A stretch of DNA of 64,000 bases from an uncultured virus (IMG/VR IMGVR_UViG_2061766007_002383) (taxonomy: Duplodnaviria > Heunggongvirae > Uroviricota > Caudoviricetes), in IMG/VR virus record IMGVR_UViG_2061766007_002383. One strand, written 5' to 3'. A program made the translations under genes and the position numbers. The notes under the pieces are model-generated. The model was not told where the DNA came from and made no database searches. It was given only the letters and a program-made list of their open reading frames with translations. Position 1 is the first letter of the stretch. Every line of letters starts with the position of its first letter. Below, piece by piece: positions 8,407 through 18,781 of this stretch.

Positions 8407-8781
8407 TCACCTAAAATCATGCATTTTTGTCTTCGGTTTGATGTTTAGTTCTTTGAAATAAGAGTCGATTGTCCGAAGGTTGATGCCCATTTCTTGAGCG
8501 ATTTCTTGCTGTGAAAAGCCCATTTTATGCAATTTTTCGCATTGATAAACCCTATATTTGCGATTTTGAGACCTTTTATCGTCTTCACGAGTCAAATCAT
8601 GCTCATTTATGTATCTAGAGAGTTTTGAACGATGAATTCCAGTCAATTCTTGAATAATCCGCAAAGAATAGCCTTCCTGCCATAAAATAAGTGCCTGCTC
8701 AAATGAATCAGTAATTGATTGCGTACGTAATTGCTTAATTAATTGCTCACCTAATTGCTTACGAACTTCGTAGGTGTCCAT
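8407..8781 (-). CDS. Tandem helix-turn-helix DNA-binding protein
   Basis: GYSLRIIQELTGIHRSKLSRY and GFSQQEIAQEMGINLRTIDSY; start uncertain (8781 or 8826). Confidence 0.75.
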   Translation of the reverse strand: MDTYEVRKQLGEQLIKQLRTQSITDSFEQALILWQEGYSLRIIQELTGIHRSKLSRYINEHDLTREDDKRSQNRKYRVYQCEKLHKMGFSQQEIAQEMGINLRTIDSYFKELNIKPKTKMHDFR

Positions 8782-8785
8782 TGTA

Positions 8786-9064
8786 TCAGAGCTCCTTGAA
8801 GGTGATATCGACGTGTAAAAGGGCATTTTCAGAGTTGAAAATAGGATTATAGACTAATTCGTCGAAAATATTCATCTTTATTTTGTATTCTTCATCGCTG
8901 AATCTATCTCTGAAGATAGATATTGTAATATCTAGTATTGTGCCTTCATCGTGGTATTTTGGTGATGGTATTATATGTGTAATATGCGCATCATCGCCAA
9001 AAACTGTTGTTGTAGCGTTATCGATGGATATTAATAATGCACCGATGTCTTTTGTTAATGTCAT
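8786..9064 (-). CDS. Hypothetical protein (92 aa)
   Basis: ORF with an AGGA RBS, divergent from the structural operon. Confidence 0.6.
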   Translation of the reverse strand: MTLTKDIGALLISIDNATTTVFGDDAHITHIIPSPKYHDEGTILDITISIFRDRFSDEEYKIKMNIFDELVYNPIFNSENALLHVDITFKEL

Positions 9065-9181
9065 AGTGTCCTACTATATTTTATAAACTATTTAAATGTC
9101 TTACGCAAAAAACTTAAAACCTTATATATTTGTATCTAATGATATATAAGTGTTACTATTAAATTGGAGTATGAATTAAAA
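9065..9181. promoter_or_regulatory. Divergent promoter region with archaeal-type TATA boxes
   Basis: AAAACCTTATATA (BRE/TATA-like) and a perfect 9-bp inverted repeat CTTATATAT-N12-ATATATAAG at 9121-9150, at the strand switch. Confidence 0.55.
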
Positions 9182-10999
9182 ATGGCAAATATAGTACTAG
9201 GCTGTGACACAAATGGAAATGATGCAGCGACCATTGACACAGTATATACAGGATTAACAAGTGCAGGACATAACGTTCATAAATTAGAAGTTGGTCCAAG
9301 CCCATTTTCAAAATATGCATACACAAGCGAAGCAAAAGATAAAATAGGCGTTTATTTAATGGCTGACAGTTTATTCTCTTTTGCAGACGGATATAAAGAT
9401 TTATATCAACTTGATATATTTGTTATTAGAGGTGGAGTTGGTGGTGGAATTAATTCTCAAGAAGATTTTGATACGAAGCCACTTGGAGCAGATGCTGACT
9501 GTAATTCTGTCTGTAATGAATGGGTAGGTTTAACATACCCACAGATGAATGATAAAGCAAAAGGTAAATGTATAGCTGTATATGGCGGTACAACCCCAGA
9601 AGAAGCATTACAAGCCGCCCTACAAGCATTAAATGGACAGGTAAGTACAAGTACCGCACCTACCGCACCTAATAGTGGTGCAAGTGCAGTTAATATTAAA
9701 GATAAAACTTTTTATGGACTTATTAAACAAATTATTGGCGCAATTGATGGTCTTTTTATTATCGCAAATAATATGGCATATTTATTATCTTTTAAAGATA
9801 TGTATGAATACAGAAATAAATATGATGAATTTATACCAATTATTGAACCTAAACAAATATTAAATAATAGTTTAACGAAAAACTGGTCACATGGTGGCTA
9901 TTATAATGCTGTTGAAGTCACATATGCAGATGGTACAATACGATGCCAAAATGACACATTAGTTAAACAATATGGCGAAAATGTCTTTCATTATAATTTT
10001 CCACAAGATGATGAAGAAACAGCTCGAGATAAAGCAGATGCATTATTAGCAGCACACATTAGAGATTATAGTACAGATATTGAAATAAGTATTTTATACA
10101 ATGAAAATATTACCGCAGGTGCATGGGTTAAGCTAAATAAGAGCATTACTCAATTAACAGGTAAGACACGTAAAGAAAGAGAACAAGAAGAAATTAAAAT
10201 AAATGCAAAACAACAAGGTCTTAATATTGCTAATATTAATGCTAATAATATCAACAAGAAAAATAAGAAAAAACAAAAAACCACCACTATTGAACGAGAT
10301 TATGATTTATTTTTTGTACAAGGTTTTAATTGTCGATGGAGTAGTAAACATGCATTAATTATGGATGTGCATCTTAAATATGGTCCAGATACCCCAGAAG
10401 ACCCTATTAATGCAACTATTAGTACAGGTGGTGTCGCTGCTGGAGGCGCTGGAGCTGTTAATACTGGTGGTTCTTGGGGAGATGATTGTTTCAGTATTTG
10501 TGATATTTGTTTTGAAAATTGCAGAAAAGTATTAGGAAAAGCGGCTGGACGTCGAGCCGACGCTGAAGAATATATTAGAACCCATCAAGCTGATTCTCAA
10601 TATTTACAAGGCAGAGCTAAACAAGATTCTCAATATGCTAAAGATGTAGCAGGTAAAACATCCGCAGAAGCGTATACAATATTTAGAAATAAATTTGATT
10701 ATGCATGTTATTCAGATTCATGTGATAGTGCGTATCGTTGTTGTGATGACTTATGGACAAAAACAAATGCAGCCAATTGTGGAGATTCTACAAGAATGTT
10801 AAAAGTTTTAATGGATGCAACTGGTACGCCTTGTTTTGGTGTGCATGTAGATGGACATTATTTTAATGCGGTACAAGTAAATGGTACTTGGCATACTCTT
10901 GATGGAACAAGAGGACCGACAAATAGTTCTTGTAACTTCCCAGATTCTGGAAATTATGGATATGGCTCAAATGCATGTGGGGGTGGTCCTTGTCACTAA
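9182..10999 (+). CDS. Baseplate-hub C-half paralog with an N-terminal alpha/beta domain and a C-terminal transglutaminase-like (pseudomurein endoisopeptidase-type) peptidase
   Basis: NCGD (Cys at 10778), GHY (10856) and LDGT (10901) form a triad. The middle region IKDKTF...YNAVEV...LVKQYG...LKYGP aligns with 35028..36758. Confidence 0.7.
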   Translation: MANIVLGCDTNGNDAATIDTVYTGLTSAGHNVHKLEVGPSPFSKYAYTSEAKDKIGVYLMADSLFSFADGYKDLYQLDIFVIRGGVGGGINSQEDFDTKPLGADADCNSVCNEWVGLTYPQMNDKAKGKCIAVYGGTTPEEALQAALQALNGQVSTSTAPTAPNSGASAVNIKDKTFYGLIKQIIGAIDGLFIIANNMAYLLSFKDMYEYRNKYDEFIPIIEPKQILNNSLTKNWSHGGYYNAVEVTYADGTIRCQNDTLVKQYGENVFHYNFPQDDEETARDKADALLAAHIRDYSTDIEISILYNENITAGAWVKLNKSITQLTGKTRKEREQEEIKINAKQQGLNIANINANNINKKNKKKQKTTTIERDYDLFFVQGFNCRWSSKHALIMDVHLKYGPDTPEDPINATISTGGVAAGGAGAVNTGGSWGDDCFSICDICFENCRKVLGKAAGRRADAEEYIRTHQADSQYLQGRAKQDSQYAKDVAGKTSAEAYTIFRNKFDYACYSDSCDSAYRCCDDLWTKTNAANCGDSTRMLKVLMDATGTPCFGVHVDGHYFNAVQVNGTWHTLDGTRGPTNSSCNFPDSGNYGYGSNACGGGPCH

Positions 11000-11003
11000 T
11001 CAA

Positions 11004-12554
11004 ATGACCGAATTAGAATTTGTTAAAAGATGTAGAGATGATATTGTCTTTTTTGCAGAACATGTTCTTCGTGCAGAAGATGGTGGTTTTTATAAACTTG
11101 AGCCACACCAAAAAGCAATGGTTACATCAAAAGAAGGACAAGTAGTATATTTCTGTGGAAGAAGACTTGGTAAATCATTTATGTTAGCAACAGAAGCTAT
11201 ACATCGTGCATTATTTAAAAAATATCAAAAAGTGTTTGTATTATCACCTACAGAAAACCAAGCAAAAGAATTAGCTGAAACTATCACAGGAATGATAGAG
11301 AGAAGTGCATTAGTTGAACAAGAAGTAAAACTCAATAATGTAATGGAAAAAAAATTTTACAATGGTTCTCGTATTGTTATTAGAACAGGTGGTGGACGTG
11401 GTTCTGTTTCATCTATTATTGGTTCAGGTGCTAATTTATTAATTATTGACGAAATTCAAGACGTAAGTGATGAATTAATTAGTCGTATCATTCCAGTTAT
11501 GCGTGGACAGCAAGGAGCAGCTAAATTTATTGTAGCAGGTACACCAAGGGATAGAAGTGGATTTTTGTACGAATCTCTTGAGAATGCCCCAAGAATATGG
11601 GATGATGGTAAATGGTATGAATATCCAGAAAATAGGGGTAATTTTACTGTATATAGACAACAGACCTGTTATATGGATGATGACGAAAATATTATTCGTT
11701 CTAGTACTCCACGTATTACCGTTGAAGAATTAAAAGAGGATTATGAGAATATACCAAGATTACAGTTTTTACAAGAGTATTGTTTAGATTTTATGAGTAG
11801 TGTATCTGATGTATATTCAGAAGATTTAAGAGAGCAAGTATTATATCATCCTGATAAAGAGTATGGTTTTGGTAGTCATAATCCAGTTGTGGCAGGAATT
11901 GATATTGGTAAAATGCGTAATGAAACAGTATTGTATATAGCTGAAGTTGTACCACAACCACAACCAGATAATAAAAGTTACAAAATATTAGATTTAAAAT
12001 GGGTTAAAGAATTTCCACTTGGAACAGATTATAGTGACATTGAAGATTATTTAAGTTATATATTACCTACACAATTTCCTAACTTGTTTCGTATTGTGGT
12101 AGATGCAACAGGTGTAGGAGAAGCGATATGTGAAGTATTACAAAAAAGAGCCAAGAAGAATCACCATAAGTATATAGTTGAACCATTTAAGTTTAGTAAA
12201 GAAAAGAAAAAAGATTTAGTAGAAAGTGGTGTCGCAGCTTTAGAAAGAGGACAAGTAAGGATACCTTGGAATAAACGTTTAGAGCATGAAATGCGTGGAT
12301 ATAAACGTGAATTAACAGATTCAAATAATTATGTTTATCAAAAGACAGCAGGTTCTGACGATTATGTCGATGCAATGAACCTTTGTATATATAATATCGC
12401 TTTAGGACTTATCAGTAGTGTGCCAGTTGGGTTTCAAATTGTACCAAAAACATTACCTAAACAATTTGGACAAAAACACGATAATAATGTCATAAAGCCC
12501 CAAAATAAGCAATCAAGACGTAGAATTGTAAATAGCAAAAGGAGAAGATTTTAG
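11004..12554 (+). CDS. terL: Terminase large subunit
   Basis: Walker A GRRLGKS, Walker B LLIIDE, coupling motif AGTP, and nuclease motifs GIDIG, DATGVG and DDYVDA. Start moved to the ATG at 11004. Confidence 0.95.
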   Translation: MTELEFVKRCRDDIVFFAEHVLRAEDGGFYKLEPHQKAMVTSKEGQVVYFCGRRLGKSFMLATEAIHRALFKKYQKVFVLSPTENQAKELAETITGMIERSALVEQEVKLNNVMEKKFYNGSRIVIRTGGGRGSVSSIIGSGANLLIIDEIQDVSDELISRIIPVMRGQQGAAKFIVAGTPRDRSGFLYESLENAPRIWDDGKWYEYPENRGNFTVYRQQTCYMDDDENIIRSSTPRITVEELKEDYENIPRLQFLQEYCLDFMSSVSDVYSEDLREQVLYHPDKEYGFGSHNPVVAGIDIGKMRNETVLYIAEVVPQPQPDNKSYKILDLKWVKEFPLGTDYSDIEDYLSYILPTQFPNLFRIVVDATGVGEAICEVLQKRAKKNHHKYIVEPFKFSKEKKKDLVESGVAALERGQVRIPWNKRLEHEMRGYKRELTDSNNYVYQKTAGSDDYVDAMNLCIYNIALGLISSVPVGFQIVPKTLPKQFGQKHDNNVIKPQNKQSRRRIVNSKRRRF

Positions 12555-13909
12555 TGGCAGAAAATAAACCATCAAGACGGAAATTAACTCGTAAAGATTT
12601 TATATTAAATAAAACACCTGTACCAAAAGGTTCAGCGACATATAATTTTAGTTCAGATGTAAAAAAACATGGTAAAACAAGTTATGTACAAAATTTTGCA
12701 ACATATAATGATATTTATGGAGCAGAGGATGTTGATTATGATTTAATTGATGGATTATATCATTCTACAATATTAAATCGTGTAATTAAAAAAATTGCTT
12801 CTGATGCAGTACCAGAGATGTTTAAAGTACAAATTACTGATTTAACTGGCGAACGCATGGATGAGTTGGAACAATTAGTTAATGTATATTTAGCACATTT
12901 AAAAAGAAAACATATCAATCAACTATTTAATTATACTATGAGATATGGTACTGGCTTTTTGTATATAGGAAATAAACAAGAAGACCAACTTGTCAATATG
13001 TTTTGTTTACATCCTAAAGATTTAAAGCCTGTAATGGACGAATCTAGTGGTGAAATTAAAGAATGGACTTATACTACTCAAGATGGTGAAATTACAATAC
13101 CTGATGAAGATTTATTACGTTTCCCATATGACCCAGATATTGGTGAAGTATATGGTATGTCATTTATTGGAAAATTAGTTCAAACATTACATTTAATGTT
13201 AAATACTGAATTAAATTTAGCCGAAATTGTAGATAAATATGCAATACCAATTTTACAATGGTTAGTTGAAGTTGGAGACGATGAAGAAGTAGAAGATGAT
13301 GAATTACAAGCAATATTTCAATCTATTCAAGACCAATTTGAATATGCAAATGATGTAATCACTACAGACAGAATTACTACTGATGTAGTAGGATTTGCTC
13401 AAAGTCAATATGATATGGAATCTACTCTTGCGCAATTAAAAGAATCATTTGGTCTTTTAACATTTCCAATGTCTATTATTGGTGGTAAATCTGATAATTT
13501 AAGTTCTATTAAAGTACAAGCAGCTCAATACACTAATGATTTACAAGACTTACAAATGTGTTTTTCTGATGAATTAGTAGAACAAGTTATTGAAATATTT
13601 TTAAGTTCAGAAGGACATGAGCCTGGTATTGATTATGCAAAAATAGATGTTATTTTCCCAGTATTAACAACTGAATCAAATGCAGATACTTCTATTTGGT
13701 TGTTCCCTGCAGTACGTATGGGATTGATATCAAGAGATGAAGCTAGAGCACAGCTCAAATTTAGAGGTAAAGCTGTTAAAGTCGATGACCTTGAATTTAT
13801 TGACCCTACAGCAAGATATCTCCAAGAAATGGCTCTACAGCAACAAGAAGCTAATCCAGATGAAAACAAAATCCGAGATGGACGTGGAGACCCAGAAAGC
13901 AAAGAATAA
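12554..13909 (+). CDS. Portal protein
   Basis: Directly after terL; 451 aa; RYGTGFLYI, LHPKDL and YGMSFI portal-like motifs. Confidence 0.85.
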   Translation: MAENKPSRRKLTRKDFILNKTPVPKGSATYNFSSDVKKHGKTSYVQNFATYNDIYGAEDVDYDLIDGLYHSTILNRVIKKIASDAVPEMFKVQITDLTGERMDELEQLVNVYLAHLKRKHINQLFNYTMRYGTGFLYIGNKQEDQLVNMFCLHPKDLKPVMDESSGEIKEWTYTTQDGEITIPDEDLLRFPYDPDIGEVYGMSFIGKLVQTLHLMLNTELNLAEIVDKYAIPILQWLVEVGDDEEVEDDELQAIFQSIQDQFEYANDVITTDRITTDVVGFAQSQYDMESTLAQLKESFGLLTFPMSIIGGKSDNLSSIKVQAAQYTNDLQDLQMCFSDELVEQVIEIFLSSEGHEPGIDYAKIDVIFPVLTTESNADTSIWLFPAVRMGLISRDEARAQLKFRGKAVKVDDLEFIDPTARYLQEMALQQQEANPDENKIRDGRGDPESKE

Positions 13910-13941
13910 TCCCATAAGTAATTAATTAGGTACGTAATTAA

Positions 13942-14169
13942 ATGAAAGAAGGATTAAATACTTATAAAAAAGCATATGCAAAATGCGAAGAAGGACTTAA
14001 GAAAAAAGGCTCTGCGACAAGTGCAGAACTTTTAAACTGGCTGATAGAGAATTATAATTTATATTCATTGAATATAACAGCAAAAGGTATAACATATCAT
14101 TTAAAACAGCAAGGATATAGAAAAACTCGAAAGTACGAAACAAAACCATATATCTTTCATTATGAATGA
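13942..14169 (+). CDS. Small basic protein, possibly winged helix
   Basis: 75 aa; ATSAELLNWL...ITAKGITYHLKQQGY. Confidence 0.55.
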   Translation: MKEGLNTYKKAYAKCEEGLKKKGSATSAELLNWLIENYNLYSLNITAKGITYHLKQQGYRKTRKYETKPYIFHYE

Positions 14170-14266
14170 TAATATACCTAAAAACTTTTTTTCTTTTTAT
14201 ATATTAGACAAAATATCTAAAAACAGCTTACATAAGATAAGCTAAATTTTGGAGAAAGTGATTTGA

Positions 14267-15385
14267 ATGAAACAAACTTTTTCACTAAATTCAAACTTTT
14301 CTTTAACACATAAAGATGATGGAAGCACGCAACTCCAAGGATTTGCGATACATGGCGGAGAAGACTTTATAGTCAATGGAATCTTTGAAGTACCAGAGTC
14401 AGAAATGAAAAATTGTGCAAAAAGTTTAAAAGGCGCAAAACTCATGAAAGACCACGACACACAACATGTAGATTCTATTATCGGAAGAGTAAACAATACT
14501 AAAACCGAGTATGATGAACAAGCTGAAATGATGGGTGTTAAATATGACGCTTCATTAGTTATAGATGATACCAATTTAGCAAAAAAAATCGAAGAAGGAC
14601 TTATCGATGCAACATCAATCGGATTTAGCTTTGAACCTGAATGCTCAATATGTGGGAATCCGTACTTTAGTGAAGAATGTGAACATTCAATATTCTTTGA
14701 CGATATGCACTTTATATGCAGAGATATGTCATGTCATGAATTATCTCTTGTAACATTTGGTGCAGACCCACACGCAAGTGTAACAGGTTCATTAGATGCA
14801 AAAGGTATTGAAGAGCTAAAAGAAAAGTTTTCCAAACAAAAGGAAGAATTTATTATGTCAAAAGAAGATAATATAGTTGAAACTTTAAAGAATGAAAATT
14901 TAGAGTTATCTCAACAAGTATCTGACTTAAAAGCTCAAATTGAGCAAAAAGAAGCTGATTTTAAAAAAGAAAAAGATACTATTGAAACTCAACATCAAGA
15001 AGAAGTTTTAACTTTACAACAAGAAAAGAAAGCTTTAGATGAAAAAGTAGAAGAAATGCAAACAGAATTATCTACTTTTAGAGCTGAAGCTGAAGCAAAA
15101 TTAGCTCAAGAATTAGAAGCTAAAAAAGAACAAGTGCTTGAATTAGCTAAAAAACTTGAGTTTGAAGATTTACTTGATGAAGAAAGATTTACTGACGCAG
15201 AATATCTTGATGAAAAAATGGCTATGTTACAAAGAGTTGACGCTAAAGTTAACCCTGTAAAAGAAACTGTTCCTAAATTTAAAAAAGAACAAGTAGCGCC
15301 ACATGAAGATGGAGAAAAAGAACATGTTCCATTTGCTCGTGCATCTAGATACTTCAGTTTTGGTACAAAATCAGAAGGTGATTAG
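14267..15385 (+). CDS. Prohead protease fused to a coiled-coil scaffold
   Basis: LMKDH, ATSIGF and ELSLVTFGADP protease motifs; CSICG...CEH insert; E/K-rich C-terminal coiled coil; lies between portal and capsid. Confidence 0.85.
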   Translation: MKQTFSLNSNFSLTHKDDGSTQLQGFAIHGGEDFIVNGIFEVPESEMKNCAKSLKGAKLMKDHDTQHVDSIIGRVNNTKTEYDEQAEMMGVKYDASLVIDDTNLAKKIEEGLIDATSIGFSFEPECSICGNPYFSEECEHSIFFDDMHFICRDMSCHELSLVTFGADPHASVTGSLDAKGIEELKEKFSKQKEEFIMSKEDNIVETLKNENLELSQQVSDLKAQIEQKEADFKKEKDTIETQHQEEVLTLQQEKKALDEKVEEMQTELSTFRAEAEAKLAQELEAKKEQVLELAKKLEFEDLLDEERFTDAEYLDEKMAMLQRVDAKVNPVKETVPKFKKEQVAPHEDGEKEHVPFARASRYFSFGTKSEGD

Positions 15386-15883
15386 ATGAGTGATATAACA
15401 GGCGATGCAATTACAGTACACGCAGCAGAAGATATCGTCGCTGCAATCGAATCTGTAGGAAAAACATCCGCTAAACAACAATGTGGAAAAGCAATTGAAA
15501 TGACAGCAACTGGAGCTAAAATAGCATCTTCATCTACCGCTCCTGAAGATTTCATCGGAGTAGTAAAAGCAGCTTCTGGTGAAGCAATTATGTTTTATGC
15601 AAAAGCAAGAAACGTATCTGCTCCTATCAGAGGTGCAAGTTACATTGATGCACCATTCTTTGAAGGAAACGTAGATATTCCTGCTGGAGCTGCTTTTACA
15701 GTAGAAAGACATTGTATCAGTTATGTTTTAGGCGAAGACACAATTAAGTTTAACGACAATTTAGCATTAGACGATGATGGTCTTTTCAAAACAGCTGGTT
15801 CTGGAGATGACGTTGTAGCAAAAGCAATGTCTGATGCGGACGCTAATGGTGTTGTAAGAGCATCTATTTTGAGGACTGTATAG
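15386..15883 (+). CDS. Head decoration/cement protein
   Basis: Between scaffold and capsid; Ala/Gly-rich beta protein ending VVAKAMSDADANGVVRASI. Confidence 0.6.
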   Translation: MSDITGDAITVHAAEDIVAAIESVGKTSAKQQCGKAIEMTATGAKIASSSTAPEDFIGVVKAASGEAIMFYAKARNVSAPIRGASYIDAPFFEGNVDIPAGAAFTVERHCISYVLGEDTIKFNDNLALDDDGLFKTAGSGDDVVAKAMSDADANGVVRASILRTV

Positions 15884-15895
15884 GAGGAATAAAGT

Positions 15896-17104
15896 ATGGC
15901 AAAAGATTTAGCAAGTTTCACAGGTGCAACTCATTCAGAATTCGCAGGTGGCGGAGCAGTAGCTCACCATAACAGAATGGACCCTATTTTATCTGAAGAT
16001 ATCATCAAATATATCGAACAGCACTCCGATTTCAGACAATTTGTCAAACTCGTTTCTACAACCGAATATGTTACTATTTTACCAAGGAAATGGTCAGCAG
16101 GTATTGCTGTAGAAATTGTAGAAGGTTCTGAAATCCCTAAAGCTAGAGATGTTTACGACACTATCAGTATCAATTTAAAACAAAATGGTACTGGTATTAA
16201 AATGACTGATGAAGAACAAAAATTAATGGGATTCGATTCTAACTACTTTGCTACCGAAGCACAGAGAGCAACCGAAAGATTAATGAAAAAAGAAAACGAT
16301 GATATCGCAACTGTAATGTTGGCAGGTGCAGGATACAATGTTATCGCATCCACATACAGTACATTAAAATTCGATGACATCTTAACAGCTAAAACAGAAA
16401 TGTTAGAAAACCCATATGGTGTAGAACCTGATTTAGTTTTAATGTCACATCGTTCTTACGCTGATTTAGTAAGAGACCCAGAATTTAAAACATACTCTGA
16501 ATCTGGTAAAACTAATGTAGTTAATACTGGTGATATCGGAATGCAAGTAGATGGTATGACTATTAAAATCATTCCAGAAGTAGGAGACAACGTATATTTA
16601 ATCGATACTAAATTACAACCAATTGTATTAGTACAAATGGATGGAGTACATGTCGAATCTTACAGATTACATGAAACTCGTGAAGACGTATTAGATTTAA
16701 CACTTTACGAAAAACCTGCAATTTTAAGACCAGATGCAATTACCAAAATTACTATTACTAGAAATGATGCTCGTCCACAAAGAGTATTCCCTGCTGGATG
16801 GGACCCATTTGACGGATACCCAGAACTTCCAATTGAAGATGAAGAAGAAGGTGGAGAAACCACTAAAGAAACAAGAACCTTAACATTTACTATTAATGAT
16901 GGTAAAAATGCAATTGAAGGTGCTACTGTAGCTATTGGTAGTAAATCTTCAACTACTGGAGCATTAGGTGGATGTACATTAGGTGAAATTGAAGATGGTG
17001 AACAAACTGTAACTGTTTCAGCAACAGGATACACTACTAAAACAGAAACAATTACAGTATCTGAAAATAGTACCGCATTTACTATTAGTTTAACATCTGC
17101 ATAA
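15896..17104 (+). CDS. Major capsid protein (HK97 fold) with a C-terminal Ig-like domain
   Basis: EIVEGSEIP, PDLVLM and KPAILRPDAI motifs; GGAGG RBS. An acidic linker is followed by a carboxypeptidase-regulatory-like beta sandwich. Confidence 0.9.
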   Translation: MAKDLASFTGATHSEFAGGGAVAHHNRMDPILSEDIIKYIEQHSDFRQFVKLVSTTEYVTILPRKWSAGIAVEIVEGSEIPKARDVYDTISINLKQNGTGIKMTDEEQKLMGFDSNYFATEAQRATERLMKKENDDIATVMLAGAGYNVIASTYSTLKFDDILTAKTEMLENPYGVEPDLVLMSHRSYADLVRDPEFKTYSESGKTNVVNTGDIGMQVDGMTIKIIPEVGDNVYLIDTKLQPIVLVQMDGVHVESYRLHETREDVLDLTLYEKPAILRPDAITKITITRNDARPQRVFPAGWDPFDGYPELPIEDEEEGGETTKETRTLTFTINDGKNAIEGATVAIGSKSSTTGALGGCTLGEIEDGEQTVTVSATGYTTKTETITVSENSTAFTISLTSA

Positions 17105-17145
17105 ACACGAAAGAATGAAAATAAATATTTAACGAGGTAGATAGA

Positions 17146-17550
17146 ATGGCAAGAAAAAAATCCAAAAAGAAAGGTACTAAAACTTCTAAAAAGGCTAAAA
17201 AACTTCAAATCACATATGACCCTAGATTTAGTGCATCAGAGAAAAAAACAATTATCTTAAGAGAACCAGTACAAGTAGCAGTAGGCAATACATTCAGAAC
17301 TGAATATAAACCTATTATTGAAGGGTTACCACCAGTAATCACTTTAGCAAAAGGTGAAACAATGGAAGTAACCCTTGAACAATTTAAAGCTTTATATGAA
17401 CTTGGATTTATTGATACACCAGAAGATATTGAGGAAAGAGAAAGAGAAAGACTCAAATACAATACTCAACCTGGTGCAGACCCAAGAAGCTTTAAAATCG
17501 CCGCTAAACGTAGCCATCTCTATGAAGATAACTTTATATTAGTTGAATAA
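17146..17550 (+). CDS. Hypothetical virion-module protein with a Lys-rich N-terminus
   Basis: GAGGT RBS; directly after the capsid gene. Confidence 0.65.
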   Translation: MARKKSKKKGTKTSKKAKKLQITYDPRFSASEKKTIILREPVQVAVGNTFRTEYKPIIEGLPPVITLAKGETMEVTLEQFKALYELGFIDTPEDIEERERERLKYNTQPGADPRSFKIAAKRSHLYEDNFILVE

Positions 17551-17552
17551 TT

Positions 17553-18347
17553 ATGATAATCGACCCCACATATATACAAACAGCATTAAATACACAATTG
17601 CATAGTCAAGTAATTAATTACTTAATTAAGCACGTATTTAATTACATATGTGGACAAATAGGATTAGAATCTACACTCGAAGAAGAAGAAATCGCCACAG
17701 AACCAAGAGACGATATTGTCATTGAAAATCCTAATATATTAACAGACGATTTAACATTATTTCAAGAAACACTAATATATGGTGTTGCATGTGAGTTAGT
17801 CAGTACACAACTCATAGACGATACTGTATCGGAAGAATTATATCAATTTTATAAAGATAACATTGATGATGTTACATACTGTAACATCTTCAAATATTGT
17901 TTGACCCAACTCGATGTTTATCTAAATTCTATGTCACAGGTTGAATATGTCAGACAAGTATTATTATTAAAACCAATAATTACTGATGAAGAATTAGCTT
18001 TTTTAATAAATCATTTTACACAATATCTAATAAGTTGCTTACCAGAAGATGCTAAAGTAGATACAGATTCATGGCTTTTTAAACAGGCATTAATAATGCA
18101 AATTGCTTGTCATATTTTTAAATTAAGACCAGATGTTATAGGCACACCAAAATCCTACAAAGTTGATGAAGTCAGAGTAACATGGGCTGTTGGATTTGAC
18201 AAAGAAGGTAATACATGGTGTGATTTAGCAGAAGAAGCATTAGCTGATTTAAAAAAGAAATATTATGGAAAATATGGATTTGTAGCATGGGATAGACCTG
18301 GAGCAAGAACTAAATATGGATATCATGGACCAGGTGGACAAAGATGA
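17553..18347 (+). CDS. Head-tail adaptor (internally duplicated)
   Basis: Synteny; KSYKVDEVRVTW is adaptor-like; two similar helical halves. Confidence 0.55.
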   Translation: MIIDPTYIQTALNTQLHSQVINYLIKHVFNYICGQIGLESTLEEEEIATEPRDDIVIENPNILTDDLTLFQETLIYGVACELVSTQLIDDTVSEELYQFYKDNIDDVTYCNIFKYCLTQLDVYLNSMSQVEYVRQVLLLKPIITDEELAFLINHFTQYLISCLPEDAKVDTDSWLFKQALIMQIACHIFKLRPDVIGTPKSYKVDEVRVTWAVGFDKEGNTWCDLAEEALADLKKKYYGKYGFVAWDRPGARTKYGYHGPGGQR

Positions 18348-18781
18348 GTTATTACTATAATCTCCTTGACTTTATAGAATGTGATGACAGATATTTTTTA
18401 CAAACACGTAAACAATATCAAAAAGAACATCATACTATTAAAGATGAAGTAGGTAATATTATACGAAAAGATGAAGTAGGTAACATTGCCGAAGAATGGA
18501 TTGATTTACAAGAACTTCATGGAACCATACAACATCGCCAAGATGAAGATATAGGTAGACAAGGAGAAGAATCAGCAATAACATATCATGGATATTTCAC
18601 CCCAGAATTTGATTTAGAAACAAATCAATTAAGCAAATACAGAGTTAAATTTGTACGACATTATGAAACATTGTATTTAAAAATCATAGAATATGACCCT
18701 AATAATTATTTATTAGGCGAACAACATCATATTACTTTAGTAATGAAAGAAGATAAAAAATATCAAGGAAGACAACAATGA
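18344..18781 (+). CDS. Head closure (stopper) protein
   Basis: Synteny; DEVGN...EEW and a beta-rich pattern. Confidence 0.55.
   Translation: MSYYYNLLDFIECDDRYFLQTRKQYQKEHHTIKDEVGNIIRKDEVGNIAEEWIDLQELHGTIQHRQDEDIGRQGEESAITYHGYFTPEFDLETNQLSKYRVKFVRHYETLYLKIIEYDPNNYLLGEQHHITLVMKEDKKYQGRQQ

Noticed and set aside
11004..12554. Intein or intron in the terminase
   Set aside because: The length is normal, the motifs are contiguous, and there is no C...HN splice signature.
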